DNA of 64,000 nucleotides from Actinomycetota bacterium (GTDB lineage: Bacteria; Actinomycetota; Actinomycetes; Nanopelagicales; Nanopelagicaceae): positions 5,759 to 69,758 of the forward strand of contig JACMQL010000030.1 in NCBI GenBank assembly GCA_014377015.1, read 5' to 3'. Below, piece after piece: positions 63,689 to 64,000 of the stretch (position 1 is its first letter; each line of letters begins with the position of its first letter). The notes under the pieces were generated by a model. That model searched no databases. It was not told where the DNA came from and saw only the letters and a list, made by a program, of their open reading frames with translations. A program made the translations under genes and the position numbers.

Positions 63689-63988
63689 ATGATCACCGAA
63701 ATTGCTATCGTGGAAATCGTCGTCGGAAAAGAAGCAGAGTTTGAAGTTGCGTTGGCGACAGCCGTAAAGACCATATTGCCCCAAGCCAAGGGCTACATCA
63801 ACTTTCGTCTCACTCGTGGAATCGAACGGACAAATGTTTACACATTCTTAATCAATTGGGATACGTTGGAGGATCACACGATCGAGTTTAGAAACTCAGA
63901 TTTATTTGTCCAGTGGCGAACTCAGATTGGCTCTTTCTTCCTCAATCCGCCTCAGATTGAGCACTGGACCACTGTATTTAAGGCTTAA
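63689..63988 (+). CDS. Antibiotic-biosynthesis-monooxygenase (ABM) domain protein
   Basis: 99 aa with a ferredoxin-like pattern (I.V..G.E.EFE........L....GY......RGIE....Y...I.W..LEDH...FR.S..F..W). Confidence 0.7.
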   Translation: MITEIAIVEIVVGKEAEFEVALATAVKTILPQAKGYINFRLTRGIERTNVYTFLINWDTLEDHTIEFRNSDLFVQWRTQIGSFFLNPPQIEHWTTVFKA

Positions 63989-64000
63989 CCAGTTACAACT

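Overview
This is a densely packed actinobacterial chromosome segment with 67 supported protein genes, 2 tRNAs, and no rRNA, CRISPR array, integrase, transposase or phage genes. Many genes overlap at their start/stop codons and intergenic spacers are short.

Most of the window is conserved core genome. Gene order matches Mycobacterium tuberculosis (Mtb) Rv2228c-Rv2241 (RNase H/CobC fusion, Zn-ribbon protein, ahpE, DUF3052, aceE). It also matches Rv1292-Rv1315 (argS-lysA-hom-thrC-thrB-rho-rpmE-prfA-prmC-tsaC-wecA-atpBEFHAGDC ... murA).

Other blocks:
- copper P-type ATPase with a two-component system and a SHOCT protein (0-3.6 kb)
- hutGHIU histidine-utilisation cluster (3.8-9.1 kb)
- aceE-glgE-glgB (12.2-18.8 kb)
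- ABC-2 exporter (24.7-26.4 kb)
- xylose-type sugar ABC importer (52.9-56.1 kb)

Accessory-looking DNA starts after tRNA-Leu(TAG) at 56.2 kb. It holds a DTE-motif, green-tuned actinorhodopsin and a TspO-containing operon divergent from it. It also holds an ACR3/ArsR arsenite locus and several small membrane proteins. The rhodopsin, the mid GC content and the compaction suggest a streamlined freshwater actinobacterium (acI/Nanopelagicales-like or similar). That placement is inference only.

I see no recognisable multi-gene defence or biosynthetic system. The best candidates for something undescribed are:
1. An unannotated 42-codon, six-cysteine ORF with a good ribosome-binding site (RBS) upstream of acr3, together with three copies of a 16-bp palindrome that are candidate ArsR operators.
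2. A 103-aa three-TM ORF translationally coupled (TAATG) to the actinorhodopsin, and the divergent Zn-ribbon / RNAP-alphaCTD-like / TspO operon.
3. A six-copy 9-bp tandem repeat in the thrB-rho spacer.

All three are hypotheses that need database and comparative checks I cannot run here.
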